The translations under genes were made by a program, and so were the position numbers. The notes under the pieces were generated by a model. That model made no database searches. It was given only the letters and a program-made list of their open reading frames with translations, and was not told the origin of the DNA. Shown here piece after piece: positions 1 through 9,165 of a stretch of 41,509 nucleotides of DNA. The stretch's first letter is position 1, and the number at the start of each line of letters is the position of its first letter. The stretch is from IMG/VR virus record IMGVR_UViG_3300028364_000020, positions 1 to 41,509 of that record; one strand, written 5' to 3'. Origin of the DNA: a virus. Its lineage: Duplodnaviria; Heunggongvirae; Uroviricota; Caudoviricetes.

Positions 1-873
1 TAACCATTCATCTTCGAAAATATGTATTAATTGAATCCCTAATTCTTCACATAAATTAGTTTTATTTAAATGATAATTTGTGTCAACTTTATTTTCAGAA
101 TGCCAATAAAGACCATTAAATTCAATCGCTACATTATGTGATGGGATATAAATATCTATTTGACTTGGTTTGATTACCGAGAAAGAAGAGGTTATTGTTT
201 CAATTCCGATACCAGTTAAAAATTCGTTTAGCTCAATTTCTAATTTAGAGATTGAACTACTACATTTATTACAACCATGTTTACTTATGTGGTCATAAGG
301 TAGTTGCTCAAAAATCCCATGTTTTTTGCAAATTATTTTAACTTTAGTTTGTGAATTAACATAATCAACCAATGAATAATCGTATAGGTCGCCATGAGCC
401 TCAATAGCATCAGAAATAAAATTTTCTTTTGTTTTATTAAATGTTTTCTTTCGTTTATCGATAGAACATTTATTACAACCTTTACCCCTTACATGACCAG
501 AAGGGATTTGTTCAAATATACCATGAACTGGACAGATTATTTTAATTTTAATATCTGAAGAAATATAATCGACTAATGAGTAATCGTATTTATCATTGTG
601 TTTCTTTTTGGCCTTATCTAAAAATACATCAGAACTTGATATTTTATTTATTAATTTAGATGGATTATTTTTTTTTAATGAATTATTAACACATTCTTTA
701 CAACTTTTTTTACCTCTAAGGTGCTCGGCTGGTGCTTGGTCAAAAAAACAAAGATGTTTATTACAAAATATTTTAATTTTAGTCTTAGAATCAACATAAT
801 CAATGTTTGAGTAATTATATTGATTATAAAATTTTAATTTAGCTTTATTAATAAATTTTTCTTGTTTTTCCAT
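1..873 (-). CDS. Zn-finger-repeat / Vsr(DUF559)-like putative homing endonuclease, truncated at the window edge
   Basis: Not in the ORF track. ATG at 873 (minus), open for 291 codons to position 1. Three C-x2-H(G)-x-F-x-Q...H...C-x2-C repeats, then IDIYIPSHNVAIEFNGLYWHSE...LIHIFEDEWL, paralogous to the ORF at 34858-36540. Confidence 0.8.
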   Translation of the reverse strand, partial: MEKQEKFINKAKLKFYNQYNYSNIDYVDSKTKIKIFCNKHLCFFDQAPAEHLRGKKSCKECVNNSLKKNNPSKLINKISSSDVFLDKAKKKHNDKYDYSLVDYISSDIKIKIICPVHGIFEQIPSGHVRGKGCNKCSIDKRKKTFNKTKENFISDAIEAHGDLYDYSLVDYVNSQTKVKIICKKHGIFEQLPYDHISKHGCNKCSSSISKLEIELNEFLTGIGIETITSSFSVIKPSQIDIYIPSHNVAIEFNGLYWHSENKVDTNYHLNKTNLCEELGIQLIHIFEDEWL

Positions 874-923
874 CTTTTTTTTATTAGTAGATATTTATAA
901 TTAAATAACAATAGTTAGTTATG

Positions 924-953
924 CAAATGTACTAATAAATATTAAAAAAACAA
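924..953 (-). promoter_or_regulatory. Bacteroidota-type primary-sigma promoter for the antisense nuclease gene
   Basis: Minus strand TTG (953-951), 19-nt spacer, TACATTTG (931-924), matching the TTG-N19-TAnnTTTG consensus, about 50 nt upstream of ATG 873. Confidence 0.7.
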
Positions 954-961
954 AAAAAATT

Positions 962-1450
962 ATGGCTGATTTATTAATGAAAATGCCCCTTCCATACGAA
1001 CCTAAGAGAAAAAATCGTTGGATGATTACCTTCCCAGCAGACTTAGGAATTCAACAATGGTGGTTAGCTTCTGCATCAAGACCTTCAATCACACAAAATG
1101 AAGTTGAAATACCTTTCATCAATACATCTACATGGGTTATTGGTAGATTTAGTTGGGAAACAATTGACGTTACTTTCCGTGACCCAATTGGACCATCTGC
1201 AACTCAAGCGATTATGGAGTGGGTTCGTTTACATTCTGAGTCAATCACTGGTCGTCAAGGTTATGCTGCTGGTTATAAGAGACCAGTTGAACTTGAAATG
1301 CTTGACCCTACTGGTGTAGTTGTTGAAAAATGGTTATTAGATGGAACTATGCTTACAAATGTGGCATTTGGTGATTTATCGATGGATGATGATGGAATTG
1401 CTGAAATTGTAGCTACATTAAGATTCGATAGAGCAATTTTATTGTTTTAA
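962..1450 (+). CDS. Tail tube protein (T4 gp19-like)
   Basis: 162 aa. PKRKNRW...WETIDVTFRDPIGPSATQAIMEW...AFGDLSMDDDGIAEIVATLRFDRA pattern typical of myovirus tube proteins; upstream of the tape measure gene. Confidence 0.85.
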   Translation: MADLLMKMPLPYEPKRKNRWMITFPADLGIQQWWLASASRPSITQNEVEIPFINTSTWVIGRFSWETIDVTFRDPIGPSATQAIMEWVRLHSESITGRQGYAAGYKRPVELEMLDPTGVVVEKWLLDGTMLTNVAFGDLSMDDDGIAEIVATLRFDRAILLF

Positions 1451-1612
1451 TTTATTAAAGGCTTGTAAATATTTCTTTAGTTTTTTGTTAAAAATAACAA
1501 ATATATTAAAGAAATTTTTATTTTATGGTATTTTTAAAGAATTCAAAACATTGGATTCAGTTAGACTACACAGAAGTCAAAAGCATGGTATAAAATTTAA
1601 GATTAAATAAAA

Positions 1613-2272
1613 ATGAGAAAAATAGATAAACAAATTAACATAATTAAATCAAATCTTTTATGTGAACAAAGGTATTTAGAGAGATTAGATAATTCAGATA
1701 ATTCAAGAATTAAACAATTATACTCAAGTTATTTAGATACATTTTATTCAAGTTCTCAAATTAAAGATATTGTTTATCATGGAACTAAAGCTAAGGAGTT
1801 TGATAGGGGTTATTTTAGGGTATCAGATGATGGTACTTTTGGGCCTGGGGTTTATTTTTTTAAAGAAAATAGTAATACTAACAACGGGAGTTTTGGTGAT
1901 ACCACAATTTTTGCTAAAATACTAACTAGAAAACCATTTGACGCAACTAATGGTGGTTGGGGAAAGTTAGCTGATGAATTAAGAAACCACCCCGAATACG
2001 TAGCTAGTGAACCTAACTATAGTTTAACTAGATTTATTAGTTCGTACTTAAGGAAAGGTGGTTACGATAGTATAATTGGTAATTATGCGGGTAATATTAT
2101 TTACACTATTATGTCTCAACATATGATTAGGGTGTTAGGTGATGATGATGATATTTCAGCATTTATTAAATACATTGAAGAAAATAGAGAGAATTTAGAT
2201 AACAAAGAAATAAAAATAGGGGTAGATGAATTATTTGAATCAAACCCAAAATTAAATAATTTAAAATTATAA
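1613..2272 (+). CDS. ADP-ribosyltransferase-like (ART-PolyVal-like) protein with shared N-terminal leader; possible virion-internal protein
   Basis: IVYHGT...F...DGTFGPGVYF and GGYDSII motifs. First 22 aa identical to the next ORF. Confidence 0.5.
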   Translation: MRKIDKQINIIKSNLLCEQRYLERLDNSDNSRIKQLYSSYLDTFYSSSQIKDIVYHGTKAKEFDRGYFRVSDDGTFGPGVYFFKENSNTNNGSFGDTTIFAKILTRKPFDATNGGWGKLADELRNHPEYVASEPNYSLTRFISSYLRKGGYDSIIGNYAGNIIYTIMSQHMIRVLGDDDDISAFIKYIEENRENLDNKEIKIGVDELFESNPKLNNLKL

Positions 2273-2340
2273 AAATGAGAAAAATAGATAAACAAATTAA
2301 CATAATTAAGTCAAATCTTTTATGTGAACAAAGGTATTTA
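1613..2340 (+). repeat. 66-nt direct repeat (1613-1678 and 2275-2340) encoding MRKIDKQINIIKSNLLCEQRYL
   Basis: 65/66 identical, with one synonymous AAA/AAG change; the upstream ATAAAA is also shared. Confidence 0.95.
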
Positions 2341-2982
2341 ACAAATAAAGGTGTTATTAATGAATCTGATGAAGAGCAAATTCAGGAGTTATCACCAAAT
2401 CTTAGATTTAAAGCTAGTGAAAAAGCGAGAATTGAGGCTAGAAAAAGTGATAACGATTTAACTACTAATAAAAGACATAACCAAGATATGACTATAAGTT
2501 CGCAGATAAATCAAAGCATTATTCGTGAACTTGAAGGTATAGCAACACAAGTTCTATCTACAGTTGAAGTTGGTAAACAGACATGGGCTAAGACCCCAAG
2601 TGTTGGTATCAGTTTTATTAGTAATGAAAACGAAGAAAATAGTAGAGATAAAAGATATACTCTTAGTATAACAAAAGATGAAGTTAGTATTCTATATGAC
2701 CAAGGTATACGTTTCCCTGATAACTTACTTAGAAGACTTGAGCGTATTACCATTAAAATTCAAAATGATGAAATCCCAGACAACAAAACTAAATATAAGG
2801 TAAATGATGTTATCACTTGGGTTGGTGATGACCAATTTGATAGGGACGGAGATGTAAGGGCTAAGGCTGGAGATGTTGGTAGGGTTCTACGTGTAAGCGA
2901 TGATGAATTAACCGTTGAGTTTAATAAAAGAGGTTTTGAAATTAGACCTCACGAAGCAATAATTTATATCGCTAAAAAATAA
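2275..2982 (+). CDS. Hypothetical protein with shared leader and a C-terminal SH3/KOW-like beta domain
   Basis: 235 aa ORF. C-terminal YKVNDVITWVG...AGDVGRVLRVSDDELTVEF pattern resembles SH3-type barrels. Confidence 0.55.
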   Translation: MRKIDKQINIIKSNLLCEQRYLTNKGVINESDEEQIQELSPNLRFKASEKARIEARKSDNDLTTNKRHNQDMTISSQINQSIIRELEGIATQVLSTVEVGKQTWAKTPSVGISFISNENEENSRDKRYTLSITKDEVSILYDQGIRFPDNLLRRLERITIKIQNDEIPDNKTKYKVNDVITWVGDDQFDRDGDVRAKAGDVGRVLRVSDDELTVEFNKRGFEIRPHEAIIYIAKK

Positions 2983-2986
2983 AAAA

Positions 2987-3014
2987 TAAAAGCCACCTAA
3001 CTAGGTGGTTTTTT
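2987..3014 (+). terminator. Rho-independent terminator
   Basis: AGCCACCT-AACT-AGGTGGTT stem followed by a T run, directly after stop 2982. Confidence 0.85.
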
Positions 3015-3088
3015 ATTGTGTTCTATTTACAAAAAATTTACTTTATATATACTTATAATAAATAAAGTAAAATAAAAAAAGTTTTAAT

Positions 3089-4351
3089 ATGGCAACAAAT
3101 AAACCTAGTGTTATACCTACAAAAGAACAAATTAATGAGAGCTTGTCGGACCAAGATAGAAAAAGAGCTTATGAAACTGAAAAAGAGTTAGTTACTAACG
3201 AAATTTATGGTTCATCAAATTTAATCGACACACCATATAAGCATATGGATGCTGTAGAAAAAATGAAAGAAAGGACCATGAATCAACTAAACCAAATAAA
3301 GAATGGTGAAGAGGTTTTAGATGCGTCAAAAAGTGAACCAAAAACGGGTATGTCTTATAGTAAAGTCAGTTATGATAAGAACGAAGAACAAATCATTGCC
3401 AGAGATGAGCAAATAAGAAAAAACATAGAGCGAACAGAGAAATTCCAAAAGATAACTAACGAGGCTCAAACTAGACATATTAGAGAACAAGAAAATAAAA
3501 ATAAACTTAAAGAAGAACCTGTACGTATGGAAAATAATTTTAATAATGAAAATAAATATGAGCAACCTAAACCTAAGTCTAGTTCTGATGATTATATTTT
3601 TGAATTGAGTCAACCGAACTATAATGCACCTTTTGATGTAATTCCATTACCGTCTAAGGGTAAACAATATAGAAATAAAAAACCAAGCATTAAGTTGGCT
3701 TATATGACAACGGCTGATGAAAATATTCTTACTAGCCCAAACTTATTACAAAGTGGTGAGTTTTTAGAAATTTTAATAAATAGAAAGTTAATGGAACCTT
3801 ATTTAAGATATAAGGATTTATTAGTTGGTGATAGAAATGCCATTATGATTTGGTTGCGAGCAACTGGTTATGGTGAAATGTATCCAGTTACGATTTTAGA
3901 TGAGGATAACATACCATTTGATACTATAATAAACTTAAACGAATTAAAAACAAAAGAAGGGATTGTAGATGCTGATGAAGATGGTTTATATAGTTTTACT
4001 CTCCCATTAATGCAAGTTAACTTAAGATTTAAGCTTTTAACTTGTGGGGATATAGATGACTTAGATAAAATTTCAGAAAAAGATAGAGAAGCTGGTGTTA
4101 TCGTGGATAATTCTTCACTTTATAGACTTAAAAAAATGATTGTTGAAGTGAATGGTTCGACTAATCGAGAAAACATAGATGATTTAGTTAATTCAATTAG
4201 AATACCTGATGGTAAGGCATTAAATAAATACATTGACGATGTTGAATCAAATATTGATTTGAATATTAATATTCAGACTCCTGGGGGTGGGTCAGTGGCC
4301 ACATTTCTTCCCCTTAACTTCAACTTTTTTTGGCCTGACATCAAGTTATAA
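3089..4351 (+). CDS. Baseplate hub / tail assembly chaperone (T4 gp26-like C-terminal part, long charged N-terminal extension)
   Basis: DVIPLPSKGKQY...YMTTADENILTSPNLL...LLVGDRNAIMIWLRATGYG...LPLNFNFFWP; located between the tube and tape measure genes. Confidence 0.65.
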   Translation: MATNKPSVIPTKEQINESLSDQDRKRAYETEKELVTNEIYGSSNLIDTPYKHMDAVEKMKERTMNQLNQIKNGEEVLDASKSEPKTGMSYSKVSYDKNEEQIIARDEQIRKNIERTEKFQKITNEAQTRHIREQENKNKLKEEPVRMENNFNNENKYEQPKPKSSSDDYIFELSQPNYNAPFDVIPLPSKGKQYRNKKPSIKLAYMTTADENILTSPNLLQSGEFLEILINRKLMEPYLRYKDLLVGDRNAIMIWLRATGYGEMYPVTILDEDNIPFDTIINLNELKTKEGIVDADEDGLYSFTLPLMQVNLRFKLLTCGDIDDLDKISEKDREAGVIVDNSSLYRLKKMIVEVNGSTNRENIDDLVNSIRIPDGKALNKYIDDVESNIDLNINIQTPGGGSVATFLPLNFNFFWPDIKL

Positions 4352-4610
4352 AATACCCTTATTAGAAGAGATTTTTATTTGTACTCAATATTTAAAAGGT
4401 GTAACATATAATGATGTTTTATCAATGCCAGTTTATGAACGAAAATATTTTATTGGTTTATTGACTAAAGATGTAACAGCAAGAGAGGAGCAAGCTATAA
4501 AATTAAGAGAACAATCAGAAACAAAAAGCGGAAAAGGTAATAGAAACACTAGGGTTGGTGGCGACACATTAAAAAATAAAATGAATAACGGTGAAATACC
4601 ATTAATATAA
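4287..4610 (+). CDS. Overlapping short ORF, probably the frameshift-accessed C-terminal extension of the chaperone (G/GT-like)
   Basis: Overlaps the end of 3089-4351 in the +1 frame. The only early start is a GTG inside the upstream gene. T7 run at 4325-4331 links the two frames. Confidence 0.6.
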   Translation: MGQWPHFFPLTSTFFGLTSSYKIPLLEEIFICTQYLKGVTYNDVLSMPVYERKYFIGLLTKDVTAREEQAIKLREQSETKSGKGNRNTRVGGDTLKNKMNNGEIPLI

Positions 4611-4637
4611 AAAATAACCTCTAATGAGGTTATTTTT
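4610..4637 (+). terminator. Rho-independent (possibly bidirectional) terminator
   Basis: Perfect inverted repeat AAAAATAACCTC-TAAT-GAGGTTATTTTT. Confidence 0.85.
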
Positions 4638-4671
4638 ATTTTAACTATATTTATAGATAAAACACCATTAT

Positions 4672-6090
4672 ATGGGAAATAAAAAAATTAAAATAACTGA
4701 ATCACAATATAAAAGAATTCTAAATTTATTAGTAGAAGCACCTTTTAGTAATGTTGTGGGTAATATCGCAAAAGTGGATGATATTATTACTATTTCTCGT
4801 AAAAATAGTAAAAATAATTTTAAAGTTATTGATAATCTTTCGGGTCATATCACAATGGACAACATTGATAAAAACTCAGTTAATATTAATTTTAGATATT
4901 ATATGGTATCCACTTCACTTAATGGAGACAATTTATCATTAAAGAGAGCTAATAAAGTAAAAGATAAAGATAAATTAGAGAATCCAAGTAGTTGGGAAAC
5001 CACAACGATAAATGATATAGTTAGTATTCAAATATCTAGGGATGGTTCTGTAATAGATAATGTTGATGGATTAGGTGTTAGTAGTGAAATAAATAGTGAA
5101 GAAGTTATTGGTACTAAAATAGGTTATTTATTGGATAACCTTACAGAGGGTAAAGGAGTTAAAATAGTCATGAAGAACACCTTTGTTTTATTTTGTTGTA
5201 TTTCAAGAACTCAAAATATTTTTGGGTTAGAAATTTCAAAAAATAATTCGTTTCCTAAATTAAGTGAATGGGATAACTTTTCATTAACTATAAAAGGTAA
5301 TAGTGATGATGATGGTATTAGTTTGTTTGAACAAAATAAAGACATTTTCATTCCTTCCAACGATAATTCATCATTTACAATAAAGGTTAAAGCATTTAAA
5401 GGTACTGAGAATAAAACATTTAATTTAAGTGGAGTAGTTGAAGTGGGTGTAACTGGGTCGTGTGATAAAGAAGACGTAGAAAATGATAAAGATGCTGGAG
5501 ATGAAGAAGATTCATTATCAAAAGAAGAAGAAGAAGAAAAATTAACAAAAGATGGAAAAGAAATATATCAACAAATTTTATCCGACCCATTTATGAAAAA
5601 AGCATTTTATTCACAACCTACTTTTTGGCAAGCTTTTGTTGGTGAGTTAACGGGTAAAAAAGCACCAGGAAATGGAATCATAACTGCCTTGAATATGGTC
5701 AGTAGATATAGTGAAACTAAATTAACAGAAGTAATAGGTGATGGTTTTAATTTATCAAAGGGTTCTGAAATTATATTTACACCAACTAGACCAATTTCCA
5801 TTGATTATAAAAAGAATAATAGTAACGAAACACTTGAATTGAAAACAGACAAAGAAATAAAAGGTGCGATATCAAAAAACTCTGTTAATGGTTTAACTTT
5901 TTATGTTAACATAGATGATGATTATGAGTTAAGAGTGATTATTTTTGGTAAAACAGATTTAGAAAATAAGAAAAAATGTAAGATATCAATAGGTAAATTG
6001 GTTTATGACCAATTTACTAAATCTAGTAACGAAAAAGAAGAATCATTATTATTTTTGAAATCAAAAGGTTATACGGAACCAAAAAAATAA
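4672..6090 (+). CDS. Hypothetical protein (472 aa), possible virion protein
   Basis: Long ORF with no recognised catalytic motif; N-terminal KKIKITESQYKRILNLLVE leader and an acidic linker. Confidence 0.6.
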   Translation: MGNKKIKITESQYKRILNLLVEAPFSNVVGNIAKVDDIITISRKNSKNNFKVIDNLSGHITMDNIDKNSVNINFRYYMVSTSLNGDNLSLKRANKVKDKDKLENPSSWETTTINDIVSIQISRDGSVIDNVDGLGVSSEINSEEVIGTKIGYLLDNLTEGKGVKIVMKNTFVLFCCISRTQNIFGLEISKNNSFPKLSEWDNFSLTIKGNSDDDGISLFEQNKDIFIPSNDNSSFTIKVKAFKGTENKTFNLSGVVEVGVTGSCDKEDVENDKDAGDEEDSLSKEEEEEKLTKDGKEIYQQILSDPFMKKAFYSQPTFWQAFVGELTGKKAPGNGIITALNMVSRYSETKLTEVIGDGFNLSKGSEIIFTPTRPISIDYKKNNSNETLELKTDKEIKGAISKNSVNGLTFYVNIDDDYELRVIIFGKTDLENKKKCKISIGKLVYDQFTKSSNEKEESLLFLKSKGYTEPKK

Positions 6091-6096
6091 CTAACT

Positions 6097-8616
6097 ATGA
6101 CAGATAAACAACGTGAAGATTTAACGGAAGATTTAAAAAAACAAGCTGAATTAGAGAGAGAAATAGGTTCTAGTATTGAGGCCTATCTTGACAAAATGAA
6201 AGAATATAAAAAAATTCTTTCAGAAATAAACAAAAACAGAAAAAGAGAAGCTGAATTAGCGAAAATTATTGAGGATGCTGGTGCTAGTGGAAATGAGGAA
6301 GCTCAAATAAAGCTTGGCATCTTGAAAAATCAGACCAGTCTGATGGAAAAGCAAGCTGCTATAAATGGAAACGCACTAGCCTCAATAAGTAAACAAGGTT
6401 TAGTTTCTGCTAAAATTTTTGGTGGTTTAGGTAAAGCAATTGCTGGTTTACCACAAACTATAAAAAAGGTTTATTCATCGTTACAAGCATCAAAACTATT
6501 TGACTTAGATAAAGCGATTAAACAATCAGCTTTATCCATGGGTGTTTTAAGTGGTCAAAGTGGTGGGTTTAGAACAACAATTAAAGCGGCATCATTTGAG
6601 ACAAATAAAATTGGTATAGGCATTGAGAAAATGGCTAAAATGCAGTCCGACTATAGTGAAGAACTTGGAAGGTCGGTCCAATTAAGTAGTGATAGTTTAA
6701 TTGCTATGGGTAGGCTTGCTGCTGCAACTGCGTTAGGTGTTGAAGGGGCTTCTAAATTAAGTGCTGAAATGGACCAACAAGGTCTTTCAGCACAAAAAAC
6801 TAGTGAGTTCATTGAGCAAGCAATGAATGATGCTAGTGCAATGGGTTTAAATGCAAGTAAAGTCGTTAAAAACATTGCGAATAATACTAAAATGCTAAAT
6901 CGCTATAATTTCCAAGGTGGTGTTAAAGGTTTAGCGACTATGGCTAAAACTGTAGCAAAACTGGGTGTCGGGATGGAATTTGCATCAAATTTTGCAGATA
7001 AATTATTTAATGTTGAAGGAGCGGTAGATATGTCAGCCCAATTACAAGTTATGGGTGGTGAATGGGCTAAATTAGGTGACCCATTTCGTTTGATGTACAT
7101 GGCTCGTAATGATATGGCAGGTTTGACTAAAGAATTAGGTAACGCTGCCGCTGCATCCGCACATTTTAACGAAAACGGGGAAATACAAATAGGTGCTAAA
7201 GAAATGCATAAATTAAGAATAATAGCAGAACAAACTGGTGCTTCGTATGACGATTTAGTCACAGCTGGTAAGAATGCTTTTAAATTAAAAAGTATTGGTA
7301 GTCAAATATTTGCGGGTGCTTCAGATGAAGAAAGAGAATTTATTTCAAATATGTCTGAAATAAATGATGGTAAAGCAACGGTTATGATTAATAGTAGCCC
7401 AACTTTAATTAATCAATTAAATAAAGGAACGGTAAATGCTTTAATGAAAGAACAAGAAAGTCTTAATGAAAGAGCTAAAAATGCCAGGACTTTTGACGAT
7501 GCTTTAAATAACACAATAAATGGTATAAAACAGTTTTTACTTCCAATAATCGAAGTAATGAACACAAAGTTAATACCAAAATTGGATAGTTTTGTTGATA
7601 GGTTTGAAAAAGGAAAGTTTGGTGAAAAAATAGAGAAAATAGCTACTGTGGTTGGAGAGTTTATTTCAGTTGTTGGTGGGTTTATGATAGACAACCCTAT
7701 TAAGTCAGCTATTGCGTTATTCTTAGCTGATAAACTAAAATGGATTAGTAGTGGAATGCTATTGGGTACTGGATTTAACAAGGTAGCTAGTGTTGGTGGT
7801 GCTCCTGGGGGTGATATTACTGATGCGTTAAGCAACGGTAGAGGTAACGGTAAAGGTTTTAATATGAAGAGAACCACCGATGCTTTTAAGGGTGGTGGTA
7901 TGAAAGGTGGTATGAAATCTTTAGGTAGACAAGCTAGTTCATCAATGAAAGGATTAGGTGGTGGAAAAGGATTATTAAAAGGTTTAGGAAAAGCTTCTGG
8001 TGTTTTATCAATTGCTGGTGCTGGAATGGATGGATATGAAAACTTAACAAGCGATAAATTAGATACTGGTGAAGCTTTAGCTAAAACTCTAGACCAAAAT
8101 AAATTTATGGCTAGTGGTGCGGCTATTGGTGCTCTATTTGGTGGCGTTGGGGCAATTCCTGGTGCTGGAATCGGTGCTTTGATTGATTGGGCGGTGAATT
8201 CAGCTGGTGGTGATGATGCTTTGATTGGGAACCACATTGGAAGTGGTTATGGTGATAAAGGTCAAGCTTTGAATGATGGGATTATTGGTAGTCCTACTAA
8301 TAAACTTGGTTCTGATTTTTCAAAAGGACGTGGAATAATTCAAGGTGGTAAAATAACACCAATTGATAACAAAGATGACTTATTAGCTATGAAACCAGGT
8401 GGAATTGTTGACCAAGTATCTAAAAATCAAGGTAGTACTGTAATTACACATAAATTTGATGACTTGAAAGTGAGTGGAGAAATAAAAATAACTATACCAG
8501 ATAATCCAGGAATAGCAATAGACCTAATGAAAGACCCAAATTTTGTAAGGGAAATAACCGTTGCTATTCAATCTCAACTTGAAAGGAATATAAATGGAGG
8601 AAAAAATAAAGGATAA
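6097..8616 (+). CDS. Tail tape measure protein
   Basis: 839 aa, helical and Ala/Gly/Lys-rich, with a C-terminal glycine zipper (GAAIGALFGGVGAIPGAGIGALI); position in the tail module. Confidence 0.8.
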   Translation: MTDKQREDLTEDLKKQAELEREIGSSIEAYLDKMKEYKKILSEINKNRKREAELAKIIEDAGASGNEEAQIKLGILKNQTSLMEKQAAINGNALASISKQGLVSAKIFGGLGKAIAGLPQTIKKVYSSLQASKLFDLDKAIKQSALSMGVLSGQSGGFRTTIKAASFETNKIGIGIEKMAKMQSDYSEELGRSVQLSSDSLIAMGRLAAATALGVEGASKLSAEMDQQGLSAQKTSEFIEQAMNDASAMGLNASKVVKNIANNTKMLNRYNFQGGVKGLATMAKTVAKLGVGMEFASNFADKLFNVEGAVDMSAQLQVMGGEWAKLGDPFRLMYMARNDMAGLTKELGNAAAASAHFNENGEIQIGAKEMHKLRIIAEQTGASYDDLVTAGKNAFKLKSIGSQIFAGASDEEREFISNMSEINDGKATVMINSSPTLINQLNKGTVNALMKEQESLNERAKNARTFDDALNNTINGIKQFLLPIIEVMNTKLIPKLDSFVDRFEKGKFGEKIEKIATVVGEFISVVGGFMIDNPIKSAIALFLADKLKWISSGMLLGTGFNKVASVGGAPGGDITDALSNGRGNGKGFNMKRTTDAFKGGGMKGGMKSLGRQASSSMKGLGGGKGLLKGLGKASGVLSIAGAGMDGYENLTSDKLDTGEALAKTLDQNKFMASGAAIGALFGGVGAIPGAGIGALIDWAVNSAGGDDALIGNHIGSGYGDKGQALNDGIIGSPTNKLGSDFSKGRGIIQGGKITPIDNKDDLLAMKPGGIVDQVSKNQGSTVITHKFDDLKVSGEIKITIPDNPGIAIDLMKDPNFVREITVAIQSQLERNINGGKNKG

Positions 8617-8680
8617 ATCTATTGAAAATCAATTACTTATGTTTTTTAATAAAATAAATGAAAATAATATATAAATATAC

Positions 8681-8711
8681 TTGTTTATTTAAAAAAAAAA
8701 TCGTAATTTTG
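8681..8711 (+). promoter_or_regulatory. Bacteroidota-type primary-sigma promoter
   Basis: TTG (8681-8683), N20, TAATTTTG (8704-8711). Confidence 0.55.
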
Positions 8712-8713
8712 TA

Positions 8714-8788
<75 letters not shown>

Positions 8789-9015
8789 TATAAAAAATAA
8801 TAAATAATTAGTTATAAACTTTTTATTTATTATTTTTTTTTATATTTCTTCCAATTAATTAACTATTTATTTTTTAAAAAACTGATATAGTATAGTATTG
8901 TTAACGTAGTTAATAAAACATATAAAAATATATAATATTGTCATTCAGATAAAACTTATTTTTAAAATAAAATATATTTTTTTGTCTTTTTCATTTTATC
9001 TATATATTTATTAAT

Positions 9016-9165
9016 GTGGATACAAAAATAAATAAAACAAACGAAATTCATTTAAGAATCACGGATTCTGTTAAAACTGAATTGCAGAAATATTGTTTGG
9101 AAAACAATATTGGTATGTCTAAATTAATTACTAAATTGATTATAAAAGAATTAGAAAATAAATAA
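9016..9165 (+). CDS. Small ribbon-helix-helix (CopG/Arc-like) DNA-binding protein
   Basis: Not in the ORF track. GTG start, 49 aa: ...NEIHLRITDSVKTELQKYCLENNIGMSKLITKLIIKELENK. Stop TAA overlaps the tnpB ATG (TAATG). Confidence 0.7.
   Translation: MDTKINKTNEIHLRITDSVKTELQKYCLENNIGMSKLITKLIIKELENK

Noticed and set aside
7413-8237. 274-aa minus-strand ORF and the other short antisense/alternate-frame ORFs in the track (e.g. 596-799, 1098-1319, 6651-7262, 15119-15442, 20114-20482)
   Set aside because: They lie fully within long, well-supported genes and are shadows of Gly/Ala-rich or biased codon usage, with no recognisable motifs.
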